From the NCBI GenBank assembly GCA_051294905.1, contig CM119378.1, positions 8,556,001 through 8,620,000 on the forward strand: 64,000 nucleotides of DNA, written 5' to 3'. The DNA is from Botryllus schlosseri. Lineage: Eukaryota. Below, in pieces: positions 50,493 to 62,970 of this stretch (positions are counted from its first letter, which is position 1; each line of letters opens with the position of its first letter). The position numbers were made by a program, and so were the translations under genes. Under the pieces are notes generated by a model. That model saw nothing but the letters and a program-made list of their open reading frames with translations. It was not told the DNA's origin and did not search any database.

Positions 50493-51687
50493 CATGTTTT
50501 TAATGTTTTTTTAAAGCCATGCCGTCACGAATATTCAATTGTGAGGTCATAGTGGATTGACATTAACAATTGAAAATATAGGGTAAGTATAGCTACTATG
50601 ACTAAATATCTGTACTATTACTGTTGAACCGACTATTTTGAGGGTTCCAACCATCGCATATCTATATACGTCGGCTATATCGGGTGGTTATTGTCCGTAG
50701 GATCATACAACATGTATTTACACAATTATCGCATAATTTTACAACTTGAAAAAAAAAATTCAAAAGGCTTTTGTTTAAAACATGTTTTAAACAAAGTGTT
50801 TTAAAAAACCGTTTGTTTTAAATGCAACCCTACACTCAGGTACGCCTAATCGATTTTGCAAAGCGCTGTCGCGTCGACGAAACGCCAACACTACATTATT
50901 TCAAATGAATGGCATTTCCTATTTACCGAGATGAATCCGTGTGATATTTTCTTGAATCGAGAAATAATGAATGACATCGTAATGATGTTATCTTTTGGAA
51001 TGTTTTCTATGATAAATAGGATTTTATGTTTATAAAATATTATATACTGGGCGCGTTAATTAGAAGAGCAGAAACACTTTCACCGCAGTCATTAATGGTA
51101 TTCACGTCGTTGTGGGTAATATGTGGATCACTATCAGTTAGAGTCTTGATTTCATAAAATTCGTTACAATTTACCTTTCTTGCGAGATGCGACAATTGAA
51201 TGTTTACGGGGTTGGATTTAAATTTTGGAATGGAATCCAGAATTGCTCGCTGTACAAAAGGAAAGCCGACACCATCGTGAGGCTTTCTTCATCGCACATC
51301 TCATTCACGATACATAAAGAGATCTGTTATCAGTTTCAATGAACCAATATGTCAATATTTAGCCGAATACAAAACACTTTGTTAGTATTGGTAGTACACG
51401 AAGTAGCCACGCTATGTTGTCAACCCGTCGAGTTGCTATAGAAGGCTTATTCGACAAATAGATGGTTGAACCGTTGTTTATGGATTGAAATCGAGTTATA
51501 CGAAATTAAATATTCATAAACTTATAAAAGTAGCAAGAGTTGATTAAATTGCATTAACGATCGAGGTTTTTGAATTGAGGATATCTGTAATCTTGGTATA
51601 TATAGTTGCTAGAAGTTGCTTTGCTTTCTACAACACGAGTGCATGAGTCGTACGACACATCTTGCCTGTTACGCGCTTTCGGACAAA

Positions 51688-54600
51688 ATGAAAAAAGCAA
51701 CGTCTAGTCCAGGGGAAGGAGCGGTTCAAATAAGACATGGAAACGCTCCCGAAATCCGTACTGTTAATATAGCGATGAAGAAAAAAAGAACAGGTGAGCT
51801 GACATATAGTTGGTACTGGCAACTGACGATCATCGTGTGATGGTTTATCTTTACTACATTCATTGCTGAAATATGCAGTTTGACTGCGACATTACATTTA
51901 CAATGAGGCTGTCGGGATTTTGATCAATCCTTTCACGTGGACCTTGCACACTAACGATCCACACAATCTAGTCGGCAGGAGAGGACACGAACACGAATCT
52001 TCGTTCATCGAAGCCGCAGAAGCACCGTTCAGGCGAAGGAGACCTGTCAGTAAAACCATGACCACCACGAAATCCACGATGACAAACGAGGAGGATTACC
52101 AAATCGATATTGGGAAATATATTGAAGAGGACAATGCAAACCATGCTGCCATATCTCACAACACAGCTGATCCAGAACCTGAGCCATATCTGAACGAGGT
52201 CATACATGTGTCGATTGGAAATGAAGAGCAACAGACCACACGAGAAAAGCCTATAGCCTGGAAAATAGCCCCAAAGGTATCTGATCGCTGGGATTGTTTG
52301 TCAAGTAGCCTATATATATATTGCTAATGGCCGCCAACTAAAAGAAACACGTTCGGCTATTCCAAATTTGCACCGTAGCGTTGGTATAGCAGTAATAGCA
52401 CAGCAGTAAACTTTAACACCAATAATGAATGAGCCAAATACACCCATTCTTATGATGCCATACGCCCGATGCGTGAGGGCCATGGTTGCATATAAAAGAA
52501 AATTATATTAAAACAAACATGTTTAAAACAAAGGCCTAATTTAAAACATGTTTTTTTAAATCCACGACGTCACGACTATTCAATTGTGACGTCATAATCG
52601 ATTGGCATTGGCAAACATGGTTTTTTTTGGAAAGTATTTACACGGCTATGGCATAATTTTACAACTTAAAACTAAACTAAGCATGTTTTAAACAAAGTGT
52701 TTTAAAACACCGTCTGTTTTGGATGCAACCCTAGTGAGTGCCCTGTTTCCAATCTACCACCCTATATTGGTGTATATGACTTGTACAGTACATCGACTGG
52801 CTGTAAAGGCCCAAGTAGGTACCGCTGACCGTACCGCAACCACACTACATAAATCCTGTTGCTGTTGCACAATGCACATTAAGACTTTTGTTTCCAGGTT
52901 CATTTCCCACTACACGACGATTCAGTAATATCCTCGCCAATACCGACGGAGTCATTATATGAATCTCACTACCAGTCTACTGAGCATCAGTCTGCGGAAG
53001 TTGTGGTTTGAAAAGAATGTACTATTTCAAATCACATAGTTTTGGTAACGTTATAAAATTCAGGAGTGGGACCATCTCCGAAAGTCAGCGACAATTGAGC
53101 CTACCTACGAACACCGACCTGACAAGTCGTATCTGGTGCACCAGCAACATAACCTTCCGGCAAATCCTTTGAAAGTAGGATAATATCCTACGCAAGGATC
53201 AAAATTAGATTAATAACTGTCATAAATATATTGACGTAGGCATGGCCCGGATATGGCGGGAACGTATATTTTGAACCAGTGTTGGTTGAAAGTAAACCAA
53301 TATACGAGAGAGACGTACAGGACGCAGGTAAGCGAATTTACGATATTTGTTGCTTTTCAGTGTTTTAGAATTTGATAAACTTGTCGCCTTGAATTGATTT
53401 GCCTATCCATAGACGACCACTCAGTCAATATATCAAATTTGTAACAGGGACGAGAACACGGAGTCGCGCAACATCCAGGCAGACGTACGGTGATACAATT
53501 TCGTCACCAGACGGATTTTCGGATTCGCGATATCTATCTATGCCTCCACCAACCCCTATTCATCCTGGTACCAGAAAAGATACACCGATCAGAACCCAGA
53601 GATATATTAATCCAGTAACCCCGACTGAAGAGTTATCTTTTCAAAGACAGATGGCCCATCTCGACAGAGATTATATACTGAGTATGAAAGCGAATCCGAA
53701 GTTGCACGAAGATTGGTCCTGGATATCGGGTCAGTAGTAGGCGATATAGCTTGATCAAATTGTGGATCCGTAAAAAAACATAAGCAGCCTTTTCATACCA
53801 TCTCAGCAGTAGTACCTTCTATCTGCTTTTACTTTTCAGGATTGGAATCGATTGGAACCTTATGCATCGGGGATGGCTCCGTACCATTACAGAGGAACAG
53901 AGTCCGACCCTATACTAGAACTCTGGTTGTCGAAAAAATACCACATAAATTTACTTACCACCCTGGAAATAACGACGTTTATAGGTATAGATCGCCAAGG
54001 CCAGTTCCACTGGTGCACGTGAAGATAAAATCTCAAGTGAAGCAGAGAATCACCGTACGAAAACATCCATTTCCAAAGCAACGCCTACTCAGCGCAAGAC
54101 TTGCTCAAGTCAGCATTTTAATTTTGAAGCATAAGTAAGCGAGGTCCCAGGTCCCTTCCTTATTTCCGTTAAGATATTTGTCACCCTCAGGGCTCTTTAT
54201 CGAAACTATAGCGTCTTGTACGACTATCCATAAATCCACTTGCGGCTACCGCTATACCTTGTCAATTCTATGTAGGCCTGATCGTATGCTACCTACACAT
54301 TTTCTTTCTAGGGGAGGGAGATTGCGCCACCAGAGCGCAATAGAAAACAGAGAGGAAACAATCGGATGCAAACAAGACTTCCCGCCATTCCAATTCGTGT
54401 GGAGGGTGAAAAACTTTCGGAAATGAACATCCGCGATCCTTGGAGGATGAATGATCCTAGTCGTAAAAGGAATAACATTCCTGGGATTGACATCAACAAT
54501 CTACTGGATCGACGGTCACGCATCGCCGATTTCTTATCCAAGTCTAGAGCACGGCTTCAGCCGGCGGATGAAAGAAATAATTTTCAATTTTCCGTCAGAA

Positions 54601-54782
54601 GTCTGTCAAGAGGCCCTAACAATGTCGAATGCGTAACGAAATCGAATGACTTGCAACCCGCAGATTACGACACCGACGACGAGGATCGAGTGAGCTACGA
54701 CACGTTACATTCCGCATACTTTAGAGACGGAGTGGCTAAGACGAACAACACCGGATCGGCGCTTCCATCTCCAACATATTAA
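51688..54782 (+). CDS. Orphan, probably disordered R/P/S/T-rich protein, 7 exons, 543 aa
   Basis: Exons 51688-51793, 51972-52276, 53064-53174, 53240-53327, 53448-53729, 53840-54108, 54312-54782. All GT..AG, phases 1/0/0/1/1/0 join into one 1632-nt frame ending ..SALPSPTY*. AATAAA at 55027-55032. No recognised domain. Confidence 0.7.
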
Positions 54783-55990
54783 GTTCGTCTGAGATCAGAT
54801 AATCGCGCGGTTTGAATTATCTCGACGGTCACATTTCCAGCTGTATTTGCCAGTTGCAACTTTCCTCACCGACATAGTGAAACGGATGCCCGCGTAGCGA
54901 ACTAGTTTGCTTATAATTGCAATATGGCTTTCCACCATTTGCTGCAACACCAAAATCCGCTACCACGACTACACCAATGTCCATGTTCATACATTTGCTA
55001 CATTCGCCAGGTACCGATGTTACACTAATAAATATTTGTCTCAACTCAGGAGATACAATATTACAAATTCTTTTCTTCTATTCCCTCGCCTCGTAAACAT
55101 AAGTTTTCCTGCCTCGATGAGTTTACACACATGGTGCTGAATACACCCGAAAATTATTATTCAAAGTATTTATTCTGCTCATAAAAAATATTTGAAGAAG
55201 GGAGTAGCATCGGAAACTGTACTAATTTAGTAATTCTACGTTTACATGAAACAATTCAATATTATTCTCTAAAACGGAACACTTCTACAAGAAATAAATT
55301 GTCTAACAACAACTAAATCCCGGGTGGTTTATTTTTCGACAAAATGTTGATTCCGTCGAATCTACGTACCTCAGCGAGTATTCTGTAAACAGAAGCGTTA
55401 ATTAATCAAAAATCACACAGAAACTGGACATAATTCGGGAATAAAGACTTCCACACTGTGCACATCACGATGTTGAAAATTCTAGGATTTAGGAGAGAAG
55501 CAGCAGCTATGAATTTCTCCATGCTGAACTCCGAGTGTAAGCCTGAGCACCGAGGGATATAAGTAAGTGAAGTCAAGACTCTGGGCACAGTACTGCAAAT
55601 ATGAACGAATATGCAAGATATAACCAGACAATTCAGACATGGGGTGCCCGGGTACATTACGATATACAGCTAGAGGTGTGGGGTTAGCTTGGTTTAGGTT
55701 AAAGAGTTTGATTATGGACAAAGAAAGGGTTTAGGTTACATCAATGGTTTGATTAGGACTTGAGTTTGCGACCAGCGAGCCATGACATCAACAGACACTA
55801 AACGACATCCTTGTAACCGTATTACAAAATAGATGTCCGAAACGGAATTAGGACATAGAATACGGCATATGGTTGGATTCAGGGTTATAGTGTTATATAT
55901 GTGCAAGTGTCGCATGCTCAACTGTCATTGTATCACATATTCGAGCCAGTAATACTTTGGAATTAACGGTCATTCATAAACACTAAACAG

Positions 55991-57148
55991 CAGTGTTGGG
56001 ATCCGTTGATCCCGAGTCATTTCGAGTCATTGCACATTTTGACTCGAGTCAAGTCAAGTCAATCGATTTTCAAAGGTGACTCGAGTCAAGTCAAGTCACT
56101 CGATTTTTGGAGGTGACTCAAGTCAAGTCAAGTCAAGTCACGAGTCAAGTCACAATTCAAGTCAAGTTGCCTTTTCCAAGTATGAAGCATGATAACGTCA
56201 TTGCATTTTGCTAGCTGTCTAAAATACAGGTTGATTGGTCATTGATTTCGAACCGATGAACGAATATAGAGTTAAATATACACGCAAGAAGGCGCTCTAT
56301 CGCTCACATATAGGCTACGTAGAACTGCTAAACTACGTAAGTAATTGCATAGCCTCAGTTCATAGTTACCATCCAAAATAGAGAATTGAGAAACGATTTG
56401 ATAGGATATGCAATACATTACCCATTTACAAATTGATATGACACAATTCGAGCCTGCGCCAATTGGTGAGGACCAATGTTCCCTCTAAGCCGCGCACGTG
56501 CGCAAATGCGCAGTGCTGACACTGTCTCTGCGCACAGAAAATCTAAGTTGCGCACAAAAAATCCGAAGTGGTGACCTTTTTTTTAGTCGTTACGCATTGT
56601 TGTCCAAGGGTCTGCGCAGTGAGTTGGTGACTGTGCGCAGATTGGTCAAAAATTAGAGGGAACATTGGTGAGGACTATATGTAAACTATATTCGAATTCA
56701 ATTTCAATAAAACAAGGGGTTTGGTTGAGGTAAGAACAGAGAAGAGAAATATACATTTTGCTATTATATAACTTTATAATACTAGTCTACGACAAAGTTA
56801 AATTGTAAGCTTCAACTTTGTTTGCGGTCAATATATTTGTTAGAGTGAGAGAACATTGGAGGCTCAGTAAAACGCACGATCATTGAATGATTGGTCGCTC
56901 TCGCGGGTTACACCAGCGTTTCGTGAACAAACCGAACAGACGCAAGATACAGTGATTTTTATCGACACCGATTACTTGATGACTTGAAATTGACTCGTGA
57001 ATTTTGCTCCGAGTCACGAGTCAATCCACATTTTTGATACGCCAAGTCAAGTCAAGTCAAGTCATTTTAGCAAAGTGACTCGAGTCAAGTCAAGTCATAC
57101 CAAAAAGGTGACTCGAGTCAAGTCATGACTCGAGTCATCCCAACACTG
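55991..57148. mobile_element. Second copy (inverted) of the GACTT-repeat hAT element, in the probable last TTC12 intron
   Basis: Same TIRs; 8-bp TSD CTAAACAG at 55983-55990 and 57149-57156; collinear with 31044-33428 once each copy's nested insert is removed. Confidence 0.92.
56474..56667. mobile_element. hAT MITE (CAATGTTCCCTCTAA TIR) nested in 55991-57148
   Basis: 15-bp perfect TIR; 8-bp TSD GTGAGGAC on both sides; absent from the 31-33 kb copy. Confidence 0.92.
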
Positions 57149-57255
57149 CTAAACAGTGGTTGGATTCAAATTTTTGTCAGGCGGAGCCTGCCCCAGCACG
57201 ACACAGTGCTATGAGAGTATTACCACACTCCAGAAATGGAGAATCCCAGACATAC

Positions 57256-60200
57256 CTTGCATCGTTACTTGCCATTTTGCCCACAGCGATAGTACAATTC
57301 ACTTTGGTGTGTTCCCTTTTCGCGAAGCGCGCCAATTCTAACAAGTATTTTATTAACGTCGAACCCACATCGAGGTCGTCGACCAACGGGTCCATACCCC
57401 CTGGGAGCTGTAGAAAAACGACACATTCCAGAGCCAGGCGTTGAGATTACACGAGAAGCGACTTACTTCGGACAGAAAACCAAACAACACAGCAGCGTGA
57501 CCTTGGTTGACCAAATCAACGTCGGTCGCATCCCTCCGTAACGCATGCCGTAATATCTGATATTCTGAGAAACATCAACCGTAATACTTGACGTTGCATA
57601 ACAAGTATTTCACATTCTCACTTTTATCAAATTTCGGCACGTTTCTCAGAATGGAAACACGAGTCTGCCCGACGTAGCATATAAGCTTCAGGCCGTAAGT
57701 TCTCAGGTAGGCATTTTCGCTCTGCAAGGATACCGAGGCCGTTAGGTTTTGGCTGGTTAGCAAATGAAGTGAAATTCTTGCGAGAATGAAGAGTAAATAT
57801 GCATTTGGGTAAAATATGCAACAGATTTGTTTGTGCACGCAAGTAATGGCTCGTGTGACTAGTATAGCGTACCTCTAAAACCGTTCACATACAGCAGGGG
57901 TGGGCAACCTTTCTTGGTCCGCAGGCCGGTTTCAAAATCATTTTTTTTGCATCACGCAGAAACGCATAGGTTTCGATTAAGAGATTAACTTGATTATCTT
58001 TCAATTTTCATTAGTGATCTTGACCATTATGTAAAGTATACGAACTCTGCGTGGAACGACGCTGGTCCCAGGACACTGGTTGCAGACCATTGCCGCAGAG
58101 CACCCGTATCACACCAGAAGCGTATAGAAAGAATTATTGCATGCTTAATTTCACACAAAGTTATCTTATGATGTATCAACGTAAGTCGATTAATCATTGC
58201 AAAATATGCATGGCGGGGACGCCAGCAGATGAACATTTACCGCTATTAATTTATAAATCTTCTTGACAAAATGAAGTCCGGTAGACGAGTCGAAGCACTT
58301 GACACATTCCTTGGAACGCTCGATACATCTGACCATCGTCGTCAACGATTTCTGTAGAGAACAGTTACAATCATGCGGGAGACAGATGTCATTATTGCAA
58401 CTAGACTGGCACCAAAAAAATTTATCAAAACCTTGAGTTGGAACATTCTAAAAAGTTATCCTTAATGTATGCGTCAGATTTGGTAAAAGCAGTACAAGCA
58501 TTGGTACAAGTAGAAGCAGAAATAAAACCATAAATTTCTACTTAATTACATGTAGAATTAGCAATTTCCAATACATGTCTGAAGTGGAAGTACTTGGTTA
58601 CTCTTACTGACCGCCTCCGGCTGTCTTACAGGTGTAATTTCCTTAGCAAAACTAGAATGATTTTATAGTAGAGCGGATATCTGCCAGTAAGAACTAAACG
58701 GGACCAAGTACGCCGTACTACTCTTCCGTTTTCCCCCACACATTCCAGCAACATAGTTCACCGACCTGGACGACGACCTCTCCCTTCCAATTCAAAGCTG
58801 GCAGAAGGCAGCTCGTGAGTTTCGGAGCGATGTCAACGGTCGCGGAGCATCCGTGAAGCATAACGTACTCGGTGACGTCCAGCATCCGGGAGAGCATTTC
58901 TTCCCGGTACTGGTTCGGCTCGAAAACTTGAATGATTTTTTCCTGCGTGAAACGAATCGGGATTGTTAATTATTGCTCATTAGCTCCTATGAGTGTCACA
59001 AACTTGTTCCTATTAGTAACAAGAGACAGGATTGAGTTACGGATACTACTAGAGTATTTACGATATTCCCTGAAGAGATTCAAGATGAGTATTATTGGCA
59101 GGTATACCCAATCTCTTCGGAGTGTGAAAAAATAATGCTTGCAACATCAAATTATTTCATATTTCGCACCAAATGTGAGGCCGCACCTAAAATCATTTTG
59201 CGTTAACCAACAGCGGTGGTCACTGGTCAATAACGAAGTACCACTACTTTCTCTGAGTACTCAAGTAGGTTTTGTTTTGCCTCCTCGCGCTACTTACTCA
59301 GCTGTTATGATTTCAGACCACTTCCTCTCTACAACTTTTCAGGCAAAACTTATTACTTTTTACTGTGTAAAAAGTAGTTTCGGGACAAGCTTGCGTCGCT
59401 TTTACGAATGAAATTAATTGTCACGTCAACTGGGCCAAAAGTCACCTTTTCAGATCTTCATCTTCTAAATCTAATTGAAGTGGTTATGACATGTCTTGGA
59501 AACTGTTACCTACGCTTGTAATTGAGTAGAAATTGAGAAAAACGCATACTGCTTTGACATCCTCACATCGAACAGTATTGAAGGCCTGACGCATCGATCT
59601 TCACAGGCTGGCGGGCGGCACGGTATTACCATCAAGGCGGCATATCTCATTTGTTGCTTGTCAAATGTACAAATCATTATGACATACAATTAATTATTCA
59701 TTATTATTTGTATTTGATCACAAGGTATCAATTTAAGTGCTTTTTAGCATTTACCAGCGCGCTGGCTAATTTGCAGGTGATCCCCATTCCTCGGCATCGA
59801 ATGCCATAACTTGATTTTGGGCAGCGTTACGTATTACTATGTACTGGTCCACCGATCTGACAATGCCAATGCAATCTCATAGAGACCACAAATACCACAA
59901 ACTAATTCCAGAATTTAAATCAGGTCTACTCACAATGCAAGTCAGACACGAACTCAAGAACGGCGCATTCGCGGAGACGATCTTCCGAATCGCATCGTTC
60001 TTCATAAAAATACATAAATTTTGTACGCACAACGGCAAGTCTTTTCTCTGATTATGCCCGATTTCATCCTGGATATATATTCAAGTTGGATTAGCTGACA
60101 AGCATCGAAGCAAGGAGCCACAAACTCACGATAAATTGATGATAAAGTGGGAGGACAGTCGACTCAAAACAAGGAAGGGACTCTTTTCGGAATCTAAAAT

Positions 60201-62392
60201 AGAACACGCGAGCATGTCAGCATCACTCGATATTCGACACGATTAAAAAGCGTTTGCATTATTGATAGGCTCACTTTTCGTTTTCCGCATATTTACTGAG
60301 AGTCGCTACCGCCTCCGTGAGTAATTTCAATTTTGCGATGTCGTTATGCAGCAAGGAACTTAATATCCTGAAATAGATACATCAAAATTATAACCGGCTG
60401 GCATATGCGGAGTGAAGATTAGTTTGCAAATACTCAATTTTATATATGTGGGGATCAAGGTAGGGTTATAGTTAAATTTCAGAACTCCAGCCCTGTTTAT
60501 GTATATATACAAAATGACTCAAAATTCAATTGAGTCGTGGGATTTCAAATTGTAAAAAGAGAATCTGTAAACAATTGAATAATATATAACCAAATTGAAA
60601 TAAACTCGAATATTTTCAGCTAATACTCGTCAGGGGTAATCGTCAGCAAGCAGTAGAGATTTGAAGAGCTTCTGGGAGGTACAGAACTTCAATATACAAT
60701 TGCTCATATTGAAATGAACCCGAATATTCTCGGCTGACCCTCGTCAGGGGTAATCCTCAACAACTAGTAGTGAATTGGAAAGAACAATGTATATTATTAA
60801 TCCTATCACCAAATATGACGTCATCGGCATGGAACAATCGGGGGGAAGAGATCGCTTAAGCTCAATCTACTATTTTTACATGATATTTCTAGACGAAGTC
60901 TTCCGTAGGCACAAACTAGGTCGAGTTATTTTGATAAAAGTCGACACCAAGGAACACAAATGATTAGCAGAACAGTATAGAATTGCAAGGAATTTCGTAT
61001 GTCAACGGTCCTATCTTAAAATATGACATCAGACGCATGAAAATTAAAATCTACTTACCAAGACACAGAAAATAGCTGTGAGACAAGTTCGATCATCTTG
61101 TCATCGGAAGCAAATTCAAAGAAGCAAACGACAGCAGCGTGCTTCACCTGTCTATCGTTGCTACCGAGCAGATTTCGCATAATCTGTAACATAGGAACCT
61201 GGAATCCCTAAACTGAAAAAAAAAAAAACTACATACCTCGGCAGAGTCTGGCTCTTGAAAGAAAGCGGTCGTGTTCTGCGGGCATTTCGCGCACGCGGCT
61301 CGAATCAAAATCAGCATCGCGCGCGCAAAGTCAGACTCGGATCCCGTGGCGAAGCTCTTCTGCTTTAACACAGCTTTTAAAGCCGGCTTGGCCGACAACA
61401 TCCGAAAGCCGCCTTCCTGCCGAAACAAGACTTGCGCCTGCAAACCTAAAAAATGAAAATCTATGAACAAACCAGTGGTTCTTGGGGTTCAAACGCCAGT
61501 CTCAGATGTCAGGCGGAAGTCGCGACTGGAGCCAGGCCTATATCCATTTGCCAACACTATCACACTTTAATAAGAAATATCGCAATCATCAATTTGAGGT
61601 GAAACATAATCGGAAATTTTCTGAACTACACAACATTGTAACTAGGGAGTGAGACAGCTATAATCTGCGACCGAGAATATTGATATATTTCATAGATAGA
61701 TTACAGGTGTCCAAATGCAGTATTTTTAGTGTATTTTATATTCAAGCATAGCAATGGTGGTAAAGCACTTATAAAAAATGCTCATAAGTTTTGGGAATGC
61801 GACTTAAGCTAGATGCCGTATCTTTTGAATACCGGCTGAATATATCGGATTTATCGGTGTTAATGCTAGTTGACCGGTCTTATCGATATCGGATAAAAAA
61901 ATACGACATTGGTCGGGCCTCGGGCTCTAGTCAAGACACACACTCAACTGCTACAGTTGAAGTCGCACTAATTTACAGTAAACATTCATCCCGTGTTTGT
62001 TTTGTGTGATAATCATGTTTTATTGGTCTTGTTCTTTCCACAATGTTGTTGACAACAGTTGATTTGGCGGTCTCTCTCAGGAGGTGACCCGCCAAAGGCT
62101 TGAAGATTATCGCAAGGGTTCGCCAGTTTAGTTTACCGCTGGACTGAGCGGTCTTGGATCTTCAACGGAGAGAACTCACTGTCTTCTAGTTGTCCGGCTA
62201 GCATCTTGACGGTGGCTGCGTTGCAGGACATTGTCATTTCCCTCGACTCGCATTTGGGTTCGACGCGGTTGCACAGCGCTTGGACGAGTTTGACCACCAG
62301 GTTACAGCGAGAGTCTTGCTGTTCCAGGCTCTTTCTCGCAAGCTTTTCCAGTTCGACCTCATCTCTTTCGCTTTCTGTCTCCCGTATATATT
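57256..62392 (-). CDS. TTC12: TTC12-like protein, ARM-repeat portion (partial; TPR exons not found in the window, last exon ambiguous)
   Basis: Exons (minus): 62392-62180, 61445-61237 (QVLFRQEGGF), 61183-61059, 60367-60275, 60193-60130, 60068-59934, 58942-58766, 58351-58241, 57721-57622, 57564-57467, 57407-57256 (VNCTIAVGKMASNDAR). 1477 nt with continuous phases. Collinear with recalled TTC12 segments QTLFRMHNGF and VNAGIALGKLCTAEPR. Candidate terminal exons 55542-55482 or 55592-55406. Confidence 0.78.
60604..60751 (-). ncRNA. Tandem pair of minimal hammerhead motifs (114-nt period) in a TTC12 intron, sense to the pre-mRNA
   Basis: 60718-60751: ACCC-CTGACGA-GGGTCAGCC-GAGA-ATATT-C-GGGT. 60604-60637: ACCC-CTGACGA-GTATTAGCT-GAAA-ATATT-C-GAGT. 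Confidence 0.6.
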
Positions 62393-62460
62393 CTGAAAAA
62401 CAAATCGAAAATAATTGTGTTTTGCACTCATACCAAGCTGGTGGAATTTCCCACTTCAAC

Positions 62461-62970
62461 TAGAGATCGACCTGGTCGACTATCGACGCCGATATTTGGA
62501 AATTTACCGATTATCGATATCAGCCAACGAAGGCCGATGCCGAGGCCAGTATTTGTTCTATAAAAAATCAAAAATATTGGAAATTGAACGCTGCGTTTTC
62601 CCAATCTCAAGAAATCGACAACGCGAAGGGCGATACGTGACAGATTTACCCTCGCAGGACGAGTTTAACCGGGTGATCATGCAGAGAAAATATGCTTCCT
62701 GCATTACCATCTACCTCTAACGGACTGATCTGCAATTCTGCATCACGTTTTGCTCTTTGGGTTATCCCAAAGGAATGTGCACAATTAAGCAATAATTACC
62801 GTATTTTCAATTCCAGCTTTCTCGTTTGATGTTCAGATTTCTGTGGCATGGACAAGTGCCATCTTGCCTAATATAAAATATTTCCAGCGAAATGGCTCTC
62901 TGCTCCTTCCATATTAATATCGGTTATTGGCCTTGTGATTGTGTCGATAATCGGTATCGGCCGACCTCTA
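62461..62970. mobile_element. hAT-type MITE (TAGAG(A/G)TCG(A/G)CC TIR) upstream of the first TTC12 exon found
   Basis: TIR TAGAGATCGACC..GGCCGACCTCTA; flanks ACTTCAAC/TTTTCAAC (degenerate TSD); ATCGG repeats. Confidence 0.7.

Noticed and set aside
62470-62870. Exon-like segments as upstream TTC12 (TPR) exons
   Set aside because: They fall inside MITE 62461-62970, phases do not chain, and there is no TPR similarity.
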